Program-made: the position numbers and the translations under genes
In this document: piece by piece, positions 20,759-30,520 of the stretch
How the letters are laid out: each line of letters starts with the position of its first letter
Numbering within the stretch: position 1 is the stretch's first letter
Notes under the pieces: generated by a model
Seen by the model: only the letters and a program-made list of their open reading frames with translations
Database searches by the model: none
What the model was told of the DNA's origin: nothing
Virus record (IMG/VR): IMGVR_UViG_2617270960_000003
Span: 1-45,189 of that record
Source of the DNA: a virus
Taxonomy: Duplodnaviria > Heunggongvirae > Uroviricota > Caudoviricetes
Strand: one strand, 5' to 3'
Length of the DNA: 45,189 nucleotides

Positions 20759-20961
20759 AACCTCACTCCCAGCGGACGACGGCGACGGCGGGTTGTCCCC
20801 AGTACCGACTCCGCATCATTGATCGCCCGGTTAAGCTCATCCAGAGAAGCTGCCGTATATTCAATTCTGCGACCATCTTTCTGGACAGACACCACCCGTT
20901 TACCGGTTAATAAATCAAGGCGCGCCTGACGCAGCGCCTGCAGTTCAGCGACTGTAACCAT
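20755..20961 (-). CDS. W: head-tail joining protein W, 68 aa
   Basis: ORF track; ...LTGKRV..VQKDGRR.E.TA... matches lambda gpW; ATGA overlap with B. Confidence 0.85.
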   Translation of the reverse strand: MVTVAELQALRQARLDLLTGKRVVSVQKDGRRIEYTAASLDELNRAINDAESVLGTTRRRRRPLGVRL

Positions 20962-22873
20962 TCACTCCTCCGGACAGCTTCGCTGCCAGTTCTTTAAGGG
21001 TTGGCCGGGTCGTCTCTTCTTCCCGGGATTTTGCCAGTACAGCCAGATCAAGCTGCCAGCGTTGCACGGACACACGTAATGCCGCGTAGGCATACACCAG
21101 GCAGTCCAGCGCTTCGTTACGCCGCTTTTTGTTATCCCACAGCAGACGCATCTTTCCTTTTTCCCACTTCTCCACAAGCTCTTCCGCGACCAGTTGCTGC
21201 GCCTCTGTCTGCGAAAAAATCTCCGGATCATCAGGAAAACGGATGGCATACGACGTGGCTTCATCCGCAGGCGTGGGCTCGGCTTTCATACGGGCATAGA
21301 GAATTTCTTTTGCGGTGTCCGTCCCCACTTCACACAGATAAACGCCCCGCTGATTGCGGGTTTTCGGCATGGTGATCACCGGCTTGCCATAGACAGACGC
21401 GCCTTTTACCGGCAGCACACGGAAAACACCGTGTTTTTTTGACCTCTGGTAGACGATTTCACCATCGATCCCCCCGGTGTCCCAGCAGACACGGGAAATG
21501 GTCATTTCGGTGCCATCCGCATGGCGGTATTTTTTGTTGATCGCCGCATCCACACGTAACAGCGTCTCTTCCTCATCGGGACGTCCCATAATGATGATTT
21601 TATCCACCAGAAAGGCTTCCTCTCCCGGAGCCCATCCCCAGACATACATCTCAAAACGGTTTCGCTGCGAGTCAATGCCCGCCGTCAGATAAACCACCCG
21701 GGCAGGCACCGCCGCCGTGTAATGAACAACCTTATCCATCAGTACCTGGTGATCGAGTTTTTCGCCCACGGCCTCTTCCCAGGTCTCGCCCAGCGTGGTG
21801 TTCACAAAGGTTTTCAGGCCGTTGGGATCTTTCAGTGCATCCAGCCAGTCATAGACAATCTGTACCCAGGTGGTGAACGGACTGTACGCCGTCCAGATAT
21901 GGAATGTGATGGAGCGCGGCGGCGGAATTTCATTATCCGCGGCGCTGAAAAACGTCAGACCGTCGCGGGTCCACATCCCCGTGTTTTCGCAGATCCACCG
22001 CCCGTTGCTCTGGTCAAGCTCAGACTGATGGATCACGCAGCCATGATGTTCACAGAGGTAGAAAACGCTTTCGGGGCTGTCCTTCTCCCATTTAAGGCCA
22101 AAAGGCGTGGACTCATCGCCAAATTTCAGATACTGCGCCTCCCCACAGTGCGGGCAGGGCACATAAAAACGCATGAAATGCGCCGACTCGTTGGCCGCTT
22201 TTTCGATCTGGCAGGAGCCTTTTATTTTAGGCGTCGAGCCGCGAATGGATTTTGGCCATACCGAGCCCTCAATACGCTTATCCCCCAGCAGGGTTGGCGA
22301 GCCCTCTTTTTCGACATCCGGCTCGAACGAGGAAAGTTCGTCATAGCAGACCACGTCCACGGATTTTTCACGGTAGTTTTTTGCTGCCGCACCACCCAGG
22401 CACCAGAAGCCCACCCCCGATGAAAAGCGTTTCAGCGTGAGAGTATTGTCACGATGTTTACGACCCAGCCACGGGGAAAGATCTTTCAGGCATGGCACGT
22501 CCCGAATCGTCGCCTCCACGTGAGACTTCATAAAATCTTCAGCGGCAGAATCCGTGGGCTGAAAAAGCAGACTGTTTCGGGATTTATGCTCAATAAAATA
22601 CCCGGCGACTCCCAGCAACATCTTTGTATAGCCAACACGGGCAGATTTAATCAGATTAACAGTGCGGATCTGATCATTCCCCATACTGTTCATGATGGCG
22701 ATCTGGAACGGCAGCGTTTTCCATTCGCCGTCACCGTATGAGGATTCTTTCGGCAGATAATAATACTGGTCAGCCCATTCAACTGCCGTCATCGGTACAA
22801 CCCTGACCAGAGGCTGCAGCGCAACCGAAACGGCGGCCACCATATTATTCAGTTGTTGCTCTGATATATTCAT
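20945..22873 (-). CDS. A: terminase large subunit A, 642 aa from internal ATG
   Basis: Homology to lambda gpA starts at MNISEQQ (ATG 22871-22873); strongly collinear (TAVEWAD.YYYLPKES...); the 19 upstream codons of the track ORF lie inside Nu1. Confidence 0.9.
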   Translation of the reverse strand: MNISEQQLNNMVAAVSVALQPLVRVVPMTAVEWADQYYYLPKESSYGDGEWKTLPFQIAIMNSMGNDQIRTVNLIKSARVGYTKMLLGVAGYFIEHKSRNSLLFQPTDSAAEDFMKSHVEATIRDVPCLKDLSPWLGRKHRDNTLTLKRFSSGVGFWCLGGAAAKNYREKSVDVVCYDELSSFEPDVEKEGSPTLLGDKRIEGSVWPKSIRGSTPKIKGSCQIEKAANESAHFMRFYVPCPHCGEAQYLKFGDESTPFGLKWEKDSPESVFYLCEHHGCVIHQSELDQSNGRWICENTGMWTRDGLTFFSAADNEIPPPRSITFHIWTAYSPFTTWVQIVYDWLDALKDPNGLKTFVNTTLGETWEEAVGEKLDHQVLMDKVVHYTAAVPARVVYLTAGIDSQRNRFEMYVWGWAPGEEAFLVDKIIIMGRPDEEETLLRVDAAINKKYRHADGTEMTISRVCWDTGGIDGEIVYQRSKKHGVFRVLPVKGASVYGKPVITMPKTRNQRGVYLCEVGTDTAKEILYARMKAEPTPADEATSYAIRFPDDPEIFSQTEAQQLVAEELVEKWEKGKMRLLWDNKKRRNEALDCLVYAYAALRVSVQRWQLDLAVLAKSREEETTRPTLKELAAKLSGGVNGYSR

Positions 22874-23351
22874 CCAGCAAATCCGGTAATTTATCCCCTG
22901 CCCGCGCACACTGATTTGCGCCCTTTGCAATAAGGGTTTTCAGATGGTCAATATGACGTGGCGTTAAATCCGGGAACTGTCGCTGCATGGATAACGGAAT
23001 GGAATCAAGCGTACTGGACAATGCCATCGCCAGTTTGCTGAGGGCGAAAACGCAGAAGTCTGAATCGATGAGCTTACCTTCGGTTACCTGATTTTTAAGT
23101 TTTTGAGCTACAGCCTGTTCTTCTGTCAGTTCAGCTCTGGCCCGAAGCAGCCTTTCCTCCAGTTCTCCCCCGTCATCAGGTGTTCTCTGATTGTGTTGTC
23201 GCCGCTCGCGATCTATCTCCAGTACAGTTTTAACGTCATATAAAACTTCCCTCCCCCGACGTTCAACAGGAGGAACGCCCCATTTATCAAATGCCTGAAC
23301 AGAGATACCGATGGAGGAGGCCATATCACTTTTATTCAATAAAAAGGCCAT
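22845..23351 (-). CDS. nu1: terminase small subunit Nu1, 168 aa from internal ATG
   Basis: GGAGAGGAG upstream of ATG at 23349-23351; ...GREVLYD...FCVFALSKLA...LDS.PLSMQRQFPDL..RHID.LK matches lambda Nu1; overlaps A start as in lambda. Confidence 0.8.
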   Translation of the reverse strand: MAFLLNKSDMASSIGISVQAFDKWGVPPVERRGREVLYDVKTVLEIDRERRQHNQRTPDDGGELEERLLRARAELTEEQAVAQKLKNQVTEGKLIDSDFCVFALSKLAMALSSTLDSIPLSMQRQFPDLTPRHIDHLKTLIAKGANQCARAGDKLPDLLDEYIRATTE

Positions 23352-23567
23352 CTCCTCTCCATAAGTCATCGATAAAAAGCGAAACAACAACCATGTGTTT
23401 TTGCAAAACCATTTGATATCATTGACATTTTTCGCATTGACGACATCAAAACACATCGTAAGGTTGTTGTATTTATTTTATTTTCACCTTACTTATCAAT
23501 TAGATATACCAAACAATTAAACAACAACCACCCCCTCAAAAAATCTCATAAATAGTGAAAACGCGCG

Positions 23568-23579
23568 AGGTCGCCGCCC
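23568..23579 (-). other. cos: cosN cohesive-end site (lambda-type 12-nt sequence)
   Basis: Plus strand aggtcgccgccc is the exact reverse complement of the lambda cohesive end GGGCGGCGACCT, about 217 bp upstream of Nu1. Confidence 0.8.
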
Positions 23580-23802
23580 CGTAACGATCTGGATCACCGG
23601 AAAGGACCCGCCAACGACTTTCGCGTGCAGGCATTAAAAATTTTGCAGTTCCATGCCTAGTTGAAACCTCGATTTCTATAACATCCAATTTTGTAAATTT
23701 AGATATAGCTCAACTTTTCCCAATGTTTTCAAGTGTATAAAAACAATTGGCGTTACGCCATAACACTATACTTAGGATAAGTAAAGATTTTAAGGAGTTT
23801 TA

Positions 23803-24870
23803 ATGAGTCAACATCAATATTATCCACAGCTGAAATGGAAGCCTGCTGAATATGAATCTCTGATGCTTTTAGATCAAACTACGCTCTCTGGTTTTACTCC
23901 GATCATTACCATTCCAGACATAGACTGGGATTATGAAAACGAATGCTACAAGAAGAGTTTGAGTTCTTACTTATCTGACTTCGGTATTAACCTTGCGGCA
24001 TCCTGGAAAGCCAATCGTCCTGTTTTGCTGGATGTTAAATATTTAGATAAACATGGTTCGAGCCGCCATCATCCTCTAGATATGTGTATCCAAGATGCTA
24101 GAGTAAATGGTAAGGAAATTATCCCTGTTGTTTCTCCCGCATATTCAACAAACTATATACATGCTGTTCAACGCAACTTAATCAATGGGCTCGCTATATC
24201 TATCACCCCCCAGACATGGCACCAATTCACAAGTCTGGTTAACCACTTAAATATTCATCCTAGTTTAATTGATGTAATCATTGATTTTGGAGATATTCAA
24301 AACGCAACTGATAGTTTAAAACAACAAGCATTAAGCATGGTCAACACATTATCAGGCCAAGCTCCGTGGAGAAACTTGATTTTATCTTCAACCGCATACC
24401 CGGCATCACAGGCAGGGATACCGCAACATCAAGTTCATCATATTCCGCGCCATGAATACGATCTTTGGATGTACGTAGTACAGAATTTTAGCAATGGAAG
24501 AACGCCAAGTTTTAGTGATTATCCCACCGCTAGCTCTACCATTACGAGCGTAGACCCACGCTTCATGTCTCAGTATGTCTCAGTGAGATATTCGAACGAT
24601 ACCTCATGGATCTTTGTAAAAGGTACCGCAGTTAAAGGAAATGGATGGGGCCAAACTAAAAACTTATGTACTACCCTTGTTAGTTCGCCAGAGTATCAAG
24701 TCTTTGGCTCCAAATTTAGTTGGGGGGATGATTACATTTACCAAAGATCATTAGGCGCTAACAAATCTGGCGGCTCTAAAGAATGGCGTAAAGTTGCACA
24801 TACGCACCATATTACGTTAGTCGTGAGACAGCTTTATTGGTTGGCGCAGACTCAGCCTGCCAAGCCTTAA
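23803..24870 (+). CDS. hypothetical protein, 355 aa; AT-rich cargo gene at the bor-equivalent locus
   Basis: ORF track; AAGGAG 7 nt upstream of ATG; low GC unlike the flanking phage genes; no confident homolog recalled. Confidence 0.6.
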   Translation: MSQHQYYPQLKWKPAEYESLMLLDQTTLSGFTPIITIPDIDWDYENECYKKSLSSYLSDFGINLAASWKANRPVLLDVKYLDKHGSSRHHPLDMCIQDARVNGKEIIPVVSPAYSTNYIHAVQRNLINGLAISITPQTWHQFTSLVNHLNIHPSLIDVIIDFGDIQNATDSLKQQALSMVNTLSGQAPWRNLILSSTAYPASQAGIPQHQVHHIPRHEYDLWMYVVQNFSNGRTPSFSDYPTASSTITSVDPRFMSQYVSVRYSNDTSWIFVKGTAVKGNGWGQTKNLCTTLVSSPEYQVFGSKFSWGDDYIYQRSLGANKSGGSKEWRKVAHTHHITLVVRQLYWLAQTQPAKP

Positions 24871-25432
24871 CTTTCCAGCCTACGCGTTTCTTTAAGGCTG
24901 TTCTGACTTCAGGCCTGAGATTCGCTATTGGAATATTTTCCGCAATAATATTCCATAACTCAAATCGGGGCTTGCTTTTGATTCCTTTGGAATAGCCCCA
25001 TCGTTCAAGTACGTCGATACATTCATCTTTCCAAAGCAATTGAGCGAGCATCAATGTGTCATGGTTTCGATTAAGCTTTTCTCCACGCATGTGCTTTATA
25101 AGAATGGCGCCTTTTGGCCCAACAGAAACCGTTTTAACGCCCCACCAACCTGGGATTAACTTTAATGCTCCCTCAAGGTGTTTCTCAGCTACGACAAGAG
25201 TAACCTTGTCCATTACAGAAGAATAATGCTTGATTTGAAGAGGCAAACGCTCCAAAGAGTCATATTCACTTTTGAGCTCGTACCCGTGTATAACACCATT
25301 TATTACAGCAATGTCTGCTCTACTGGCGCCAAGGGATATGGAAAATTCATCGACCACAAGGCAGTCTGGATCTAAATGCGATTCTTTCAAAAGCTTATGA
25401 TGCACCGCGAACCTAACATCTTGATCTTTCAT
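24812..25432 (-). CDS. hypothetical protein, 206 aa; possible PD-(D/E)xK-type nuclease fold; cargo partner
   Basis: ORF track; AAGGAGA 4 nt upstream of ATG; D...E.K pattern in VVDEFSISLGASRADIAVINGVIHGYELKSEYD; 3' end overlaps the convergent 355-aa gene by 59 bp. Confidence 0.55.
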   Translation of the reverse strand: MKDQDVRFAVHHKLLKESHLDPDCLVVDEFSISLGASRADIAVINGVIHGYELKSEYDSLERLPLQIKHYSSVMDKVTLVVAEKHLEGALKLIPGWWGVKTVSVGPKGAILIKHMRGEKLNRNHDTLMLAQLLWKDECIDVLERWGYSKGIKSKPRFELWNIIAENIPIANLRPEVRTALKKRVGWKVKAWQAESAPTNKAVSRLT

Positions 25433-25782
25433 GACTTCTCCTTACTCCCTCCGTTATTGAATTATAGCGCACTGCATTTTACTGCATTTGAGAGATTTGA
25501 CCACTTCAATCACAAAATGCTTATCTGCAGCAACAAGATTCATAGCCATACGACTATGGTGATTACCTTTTGTCTGGAAAACTGACCATTCCACGAAGAT
25601 CAGATAGGTCTATAGAATCTTGGTTTGTCATAGCGTTCGTCTTACTTTGAGATGAACCTTTGCTGCATAGGAGATCAGCCCGTCAAGGCTCACCAGCACT
25701 AACTGACTACTCAAAGGCTCATTCCAAAGGGTTTGGTTCGACGTGGTTGAGTGCGCTGCGGTGCGCGGTGAAATACCTGTAC

Positions 25783-25812
25783 AAAAATGCCCCGCATCTG
25801 CGAGGCATTTTC
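25783..25812 (-). terminator. rho-independent terminator downstream of Rz/Rz1
   Basis: Hairpin AAAATGCCTCGCAGATGCGGGGCATTTTT (minus sense) followed by a T-run. Confidence 0.5.
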
Positions 25813-25848
25813 CTGAAAGTCACGTATTAAATTTCAGTGAAATTAAAA

Positions 25849-26307
25849 TTATTTTAAGCACTGCGTCCTGATGTACTCCTGCAGGTAGTTGACCTGAGCG
25901 GTTATCTTGTCGATTCCACTTCGGAGACGGTAATAATTGAGTTCAGCATCTGCTGTAAGTCTTGGGCTTTCTCCATCGCCCATGCTGCTGGCTCCGGTCG
26001 TTGACTTTGCACAGGTGGCGGCGACTTGCAGGCGCTTACGCCCAGCAGAAACATCAGCACGAAGACTTTCGATAGTCGCGTTAGCATCAGCAAGCTCCTT
26101 TGTGTATCTGGCGTCGAGTTCTGCTACATCACGCTGACGCATCTGCATGTCAGTAATTGCCACGTTCGCCAGCTTCAGTTCTCTGGCATTTTTGTCGCGC
26201 TGGGCTTTGTAGGTAATGGCGTTATCGCGGTAATGATTAACAGCCCATGACAGGCAGACGATGGTGCAGATAACCAGAGTATAAATAATCGCTGCGACTC
26301 TGCTCAC
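25849..26307 (-). CDS. Rz: i-spanin Rz, 152 aa (GTG start overlapping R stop)
   Basis: [48 protein letters not shown]... is near-identical to lambda Rz as recalled; GTGA start/stop overlap with R. Confidence 0.85.
   Translation of the reverse strand: MSRVAAIIYTLVICTIVCLSWAVNHYRDNAITYKAQRDKNARELKLANVAITDMQMRQRDVAELDARYTKELADANATIESLRADVSAGRKRLQVAATCAKSTTGASSMGDGESPRLTADAELNYYRLRSGIDKITAQVNYLQEYIRTQCLK
25902..26087 (-). CDS. Rz1: o-spanin Rz1 lipoprotein, embedded in the +1 frame of Rz, 61 aa
   Basis: AAGGAG upstream of ATG at 26085-26087; lipobox LLGVSAC then Pro-rich KSPPPVQ; fully nested in Rz as in lambda. Confidence 0.75.
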   Translation of the reverse strand: MLTRLSKVFVLMFLLGVSACKSPPPVQSQRPEPAAWAMEKAQDLQQMLNSIITVSEVESTR

Positions 26308-26837
26308 TGATCTATCCCCCAACAGGCTAATGCGCTTTCCTGGTCACGACGAATAACCTGTCCATAGCAGTTATTTGAACGTATGCGGCAATCGCGCCCA
26401 CCATCTTTTATCCACCAGCGAATCGCCTCGCATGCGCCCTTACGATCACCGGCATTCAGCCGCTTATAAAACGTCGACGGGAAACACTTACCGGGGCCAA
26501 TGTTATAGGGACAGAATGACGCTATACCCGCTTTCTGTGGTTCGGTCAGTGGTACTTTAATATTGCGCTCCACCCATGCCAGCGCCTTATCACGTTCAAT
26601 AGCGTTAACCTGGTCGCATTTTTCCTTCGACAGCTTCATTCCCGGTATGACGGGCTTACCATCCACCATTGTGGCACCACGACAGATGGTCCATATACCG
26701 GAACCATCGCGGTATGCCGTAGTGTGGTTACCCTCTTTTTCATCCAGAAACTGGTCAAGTATTTGAGGAGCAGACGCGCCTGCAGCAATCAGCGCCAGAA
26801 CAGCAGCTGACAGGCCGTATTTGATTTTTGCGCTCAT
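26304..26837 (-). CDS. R: SAR endolysin (phage-21 R-type lysozyme, GH24), 177 aa
   Basis: ORF track; N-terminal weakly hydrophobic Gly/Ala-rich signal-anchor-release segment ([16 protein letters not shown]) then lysozyme motifs (EG...AY.D..G.WTICRG). Confidence 0.85.
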   Translation of the reverse strand: MSAKIKYGLSAAVLALIAAGASAPQILDQFLDEKEGNHTTAYRDGSGIWTICRGATMVDGKPVIPGMKLSKEKCDQVNAIERDKALAWVERNIKVPLTEPQKAGIASFCPYNIGPGKCFPSTFYKRLNAGDRKGACEAIRWWIKDGGRDCRIRSNNCYGQVIRRDQESALACWGIDQ

Positions 26838-26892
26838 GGATATTTATCAGGATGCTACCAATGAAAGATACTGGAAAGCCAACTGCAAAAAG

Positions 26893-27207
26893 CTAACAAC
26901 CCGTAATCGAGTTATCAGAACTGTTAATTTTTATGGTATACCGCGCCTCTGAACAGGGGCGCGTTTCTGGCAACAGCTCGTCCCCTTCACATAACCCGGC
27001 AGCAACATCCATGAAGACCTGTCTGATGCTCCTTCTGGCTGCTGCCTCATAAAACTCCAGCGCGGCACCTTCAACACGGTCCAGCGAGATGTCCAGGTCA
27101 AAAATTTCACCGTCAAAGCGTTTTTTGTCCCGTAACGCTAAAGTTACCGTAACTTTATTCTCAAAATTGCGGATCCCTTTCACAATCAGTTCATAGTTTT
27201 GAGTCAT
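26893..27207 (-). CDS. DUF1327-type protein (YdfR-like) between holin and endolysin, 104 aa
   Basis: ORF track; MTQNYELIVKGIRNFENKVTVT...FDGEIFDLD...VEGAALEFYEAAARRS resembles Qin-prophage YdfR as recalled; same essQ-ydfR-rrrQ arrangement. Confidence 0.6.
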   Translation of the reverse strand: MTQNYELIVKGIRNFENKVTVTLALRDKKRFDGEIFDLDISLDRVEGAALEFYEAAARRSIRQVFMDVAAGLCEGDELLPETRPCSEARYTIKINSSDNSITGC

Positions 27208-27211
27208 TGAA

Positions 27212-27427
27212 TTACTCTCCCCGTGCCGCCTTACGACGGTCCTCTCTGATTTTGAAATACAGGTTAGTCAGATATGTCAGCAGCCCAAACAGCAGACTCC
27301 CCAGCACGCCTATTGCCGCCCACTGAGACGGGGAAACCCTGTCCAGCAACTGCAGGAACCAGTAGCCCGTTCCCACCGCTGACGTGGTGTATGACACACC
27401 TGTTGTGATTTTTTCCATCTGGTACAT
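27212..27427 (-). CDS. S: class II holin / pinholin (S21-like) with dual-start motif, 71 aa
   Basis: ATG TAC CAG ATG dual start (M-Y-Q-M-EKI...); ...[46 protein letters not shown] matches phage 21 S (71 aa); paired with a SAR endolysin. Confidence 0.85.
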   Translation of the reverse strand: MYQMEKITTGVSYTTSAVGTGYWFLQLLDRVSPSQWAAIGVLGSLLFGLLTYLTNLYFKIREDRRKAARGE

Positions 27428-27577
27428 ACCCCGTCTCCCGTTATCCGGAAGCTGACAACAATAAAAAAAGCCACCAGTTAAGTACTGATGGCTCTGATAA
27501 CTCATGCAGGCATCTCAGACGACCCACTGACACTACCGGTGAGTTTAACGATACCTTCCATTTGACTGGCTCACTTT

Positions 27578-29431
27578 TTATGATGATGCTGGTGCATTTA
27601 TCTCCAGCACCAGACTTTCTATCTCAACGCCATACGCTGCATTTTTTGTAACATCCGTCAGCGTCAGCGCATTCAGCCCCAGTGTCAGACTGTCTTTTAT
27701 GACCTGGAATGCCGGGCCAGCCACTCCATTCAGTTTCGGAGTAACCGTGGCACTGCCGGCGGTGAACACCAGCTCCAGCGTCTGCCAGTCGTTACCGTAA
27801 TCGCCGAACTCCCCCAGCTTCGTGTTTCCGGCTTTCCTGTGATGCATCAGATTCACTCTGCCGTCAATGGTCTGAGTGAAGTAAGACATCAGGAACGGAT
27901 TACCAGTACCCGTCATCGCCACATCATCAGGAACGGGAGCGTCCGTATACAGATAAATCCCCAGCCCGAACTGATTGTTGGTCAGTGCGCCTGAGAGGCG
28001 GAACTTACAGGTCAGTCTGCCGCCCTGTGTCAGCAGGGTAATTGCGTCATCCACCGGATGCATCAGGTACCAGGTTTTATTGCTCTGCTTGGTGATCTTA
28101 AATACACCCTCTGACAACTGAATTCCGCCATTCTTAATGCTCCAGCCCTGCGCAGCAGCATCTCCGGCTGTCGGCAACAGGGAGATTGTGCGTACGGATG
28201 CATCTTCAGACGGCCCCGATGGCGTGTCGCCGCCGGGCGAGGGTTTGATTTCCGGTGCCTTACCACTAATGAAGGCTAAGGTGCGACCGGCTACGTTCAG
28301 AATAGCAGTTGCCATACGATCGGGAATAATGCCACGACGCGCCCATGAGCTGAAATGCGTCGGGCGATTTGATGATACCCAGTTTTTGTTCGTTCGGGAT
28401 GCCGAACCGTAATAACCAGACCCGACAATATCAGGATCTTCTGACGGGTTGTTTGTCGGTGTATTAACTCCGCTACCATCGGTCATAAAGGGAACAAAAT
28501 AAATCTGCTGGGATTCTTTACCTTTATATGCACCATATACCACTTCATATTGCGTACCGTGTTCTTGTTTCCACGCGTATGTCGTGTCGCCACAAATCCA
28601 GGGGACTGATGCCGGACTTCCACCGTGACACTGCGCCGCCAGCCCGGCAAGGTCAGCACGGAACTGCTGTACCATTGCAAGAAATGCTGCTGGCTGCTGG
28701 GCGTAACTGGCATTCGTCATATCGAATTCCCCCTGCATCCAGCATATCGCCAGCAAAACGTTTTTCGGGTTTTTCTGCAATGCTGCCTTCGTGCGGAAAA
28801 GCAGATCCTGATATAACGGCTTACCCACTCCCCAGCGAGCCGAATCCTGACTGGCCCCCGTGGACTCGCTGAATGTCCCCTCCGTGCCCTTGGTGAATGC
28901 CGAACCACCACGACAGCATGGTACCAGCAGGATCCCCGCATTATTAGGGATATACGGAAGCAGTTTTTTGGCAATATGTAAGCCCTGTCCGACACAACCG
29001 TACTGCCCTTTGCTCAGGTCAGCCCGGGGATGGTTAATCGTACTCATATCCTGAACATCATGCAGACAATGGTCAGCAGGAATGATGTCGTTAAATACGC
29101 ATACTTCGCCACCGGGAGTCACTGTGTTACGACGGGCCAGTTGCTTAATGCGCGGATGGGGCGCATCGTATGAATCCGGAAGCGGAAGCCCTTCACCGTA
29201 AGCCATGGCATTGGACTGCCCGGCCAGTACGATGACGTAGTACCACTCCGGCTCAGTTGCACCACTGACGACCACATCACCTTCTGCTGCAATCGCCTGC
29301 ATCAGGGTATAAGGGGTTATGGCCACCGGACTACCAAACGGCTGCCAGCCCTCTTTCAGTTTATGTGTCAGCTTTTCCGCAAGATCTGACGGCGACGCCG
29401 CCCTGACAACATCATAGTGTTTAAATGCCAT
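27578..29431 (-). CDS. nanS: prophage 9-O-acetyl sialic acid esterase NanS-p (DUF1737 N-terminus plus SGNH/SASA esterase domain), about 617 aa
   Basis: N-terminus MAFKHYDVVRAASPSDLAEKLT.KLKEGWQPFGSPVA matches NanS-p of Stx/lambdoid prophages as recalled; lies upstream of the lysis cassette. Confidence 0.8.
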   Translation of the reverse strand: MAFKHYDVVRAASPSDLAEKLTHKLKEGWQPFGSPVAITPYTLMQAIAAEGDVVVSGATEPEWYYVIVLAGQSNAMAYGEGLPLPDSYDAPHPRIKQLARRNTVTPGGEVCVFNDIIPADHCLHDVQDMSTINHPRADLSKGQYGCVGQGLHIAKKLLPYIPNNAGILLVPCCRGGSAFTKGTEGTFSESTGASQDSARWGVGKPLYQDLLFRTKAALQKNPKNVLLAICWMQGEFDMTNASYAQQPAAFLAMVQQFRADLAGLAAQCHGGSPASVPWICGDTTYAWKQEHGTQYEVVYGAYKGKESQQIYFVPFMTDGSGVNTPTNNPSEDPDIVGSGYYGSASRTNKNWVSSNRPTHFSSWARRGIIPDRMATAILNVAGRTLAFISGKAPEIKPSPGGDTPSGPSEDASVRTISLLPTAGDAAAQGWSIKNGGIQLSEGVFKITKQSNKTWYLMHPVDDAITLLTQGGRLTCKFRLSGALTNNQFGLGIYLYTDAPVPDDVAMTGTGNPFLMSYFTQTIDGRVNLMHHRKAGNTKLGEFGDYGNDWQTLELVFTAGSATVTPKLNGVAGPAFQVIKDSLTLGLNALTLTDVTKNAAYGVEIESLVLEINAPASS

Positions 29432-29691
29432 GGTTCTTTCCACCATCTGAAAAATGATTCTTTAAAATACCTGACATGTAATACAGAAAAAAAACAAAAC
29501 CATACCTTAAATAAAAACCTCATCATCAAGCAGATATGCATGGATAAACTACAAGACGAGATATAAACCACCCTGCATTTAAATAAACAATAAACAACAT
29601 CAGAAAAATAATTCTGCTCTATGGTTTACAATCAAAAATATCATTTATACTTTTCAGAACATCACCAGCAAGGCATAAACAAGGAAACTAA

Positions 29692-30027
29692 ATGAAGTGG
29701 ATTGTGATTGATACAGTTATCCAGCCATCATGCGGAATATCTTTTTCAGTCATATGGAGTAAAATAAAATTAATAATCTGGTATCAATCGGATGCTTTCT
29801 TACCTCCTGAAAGTATATTTACACTGACTCACACAGGCATCATGCTCAATAACAAAGTGCTACCTGTAACCATTTACAACGTAGTGCCATTCAATAAAAC
29901 ATTCTGGAATTTAATCAAAAACAGCCAGGAATGCCCTACAAATACAGATAACGTATTGAATGAATGCTTTAATAACCGTTGCACTCTGCAAATATGTCCT
30001 TATGGACTAAAACAACAAAGTCCATAA
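29692..30027 (+). CDS. hypothetical small Cys-rich protein, 111 aa; AT-rich moron at the stx-equivalent position
   Basis: ORF track; AAGGAA upstream of ATG; very AT-rich; opposite strand to the late operon; no homolog recalled. Confidence 0.4.
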   Translation: MKWIVIDTVIQPSCGISFSVIWSKIKLIIWYQSDAFLPPESIFTLTHTGIMLNNKVLPVTIYNVVPFNKTFWNLIKNSQECPTNTDNVLNECFNNRCTLQICPYGLKQQSP

Positions 30028-30060
30028 GGAGTTTACTCACATCTGACAAAATCAATATAA

Positions 30061-30300
30061 ACAGCCCCTCCGGAGAGGGGCTGGAGAGTGGCGCTATGTG
30101 CCATTGCATGGTGCCGGGTGCCTCCCGGTGAATTCAGTACCAGCACCTGAATCCGCGATTATCCCATATACCTACTCGCTGATTGCCCCTCCGCACAGGG
30201 GGATTCACCATGCGAAATTTTTTAACAAACTTCCCGCTGGCCAGACAATAATCGCCAGCCTGAATTATGAGCAACGTAGCATTTTACGGGAAAACTGTTT
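30061..30300. repeat. copy 1 of a diverged ~240-bp direct repeat beginning with hairpin AGCCCCTCCGGAGAGGGGCT
   Basis: Shared blocks with copy 2: agcccctccggagaggggctg, gcatggtgcc.ggtgcctcccggt.aattcag, gggggattcaccatgcga, ttttaacaaa, cagacaat. Confidence 0.6.
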
Positions 30301-30520
30301 TCTGCAGTAAAAAGGCCCGCCGGAGCGAGCCTGGAAGGATAGCGGTCATGTGATGCCGGTTTCCCGGTAACTCAGCATCGGTATCTGAGTCAACGTTTTC
30401 TCTACTGGGTCATTTCCGATACGTTCCGCCTTCCGGCAGACTTTCATCACGTCAGAAAATATAGCACCCTGAGTAACAGGACAGTACTCAGAATTCAGGA
30501 AACTGTGACACATCCTGCAC

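Noticed and set aside
21722-22423. Plus-strand ORFs inside terminase A
   Set aside because: Antisense to A; no support.
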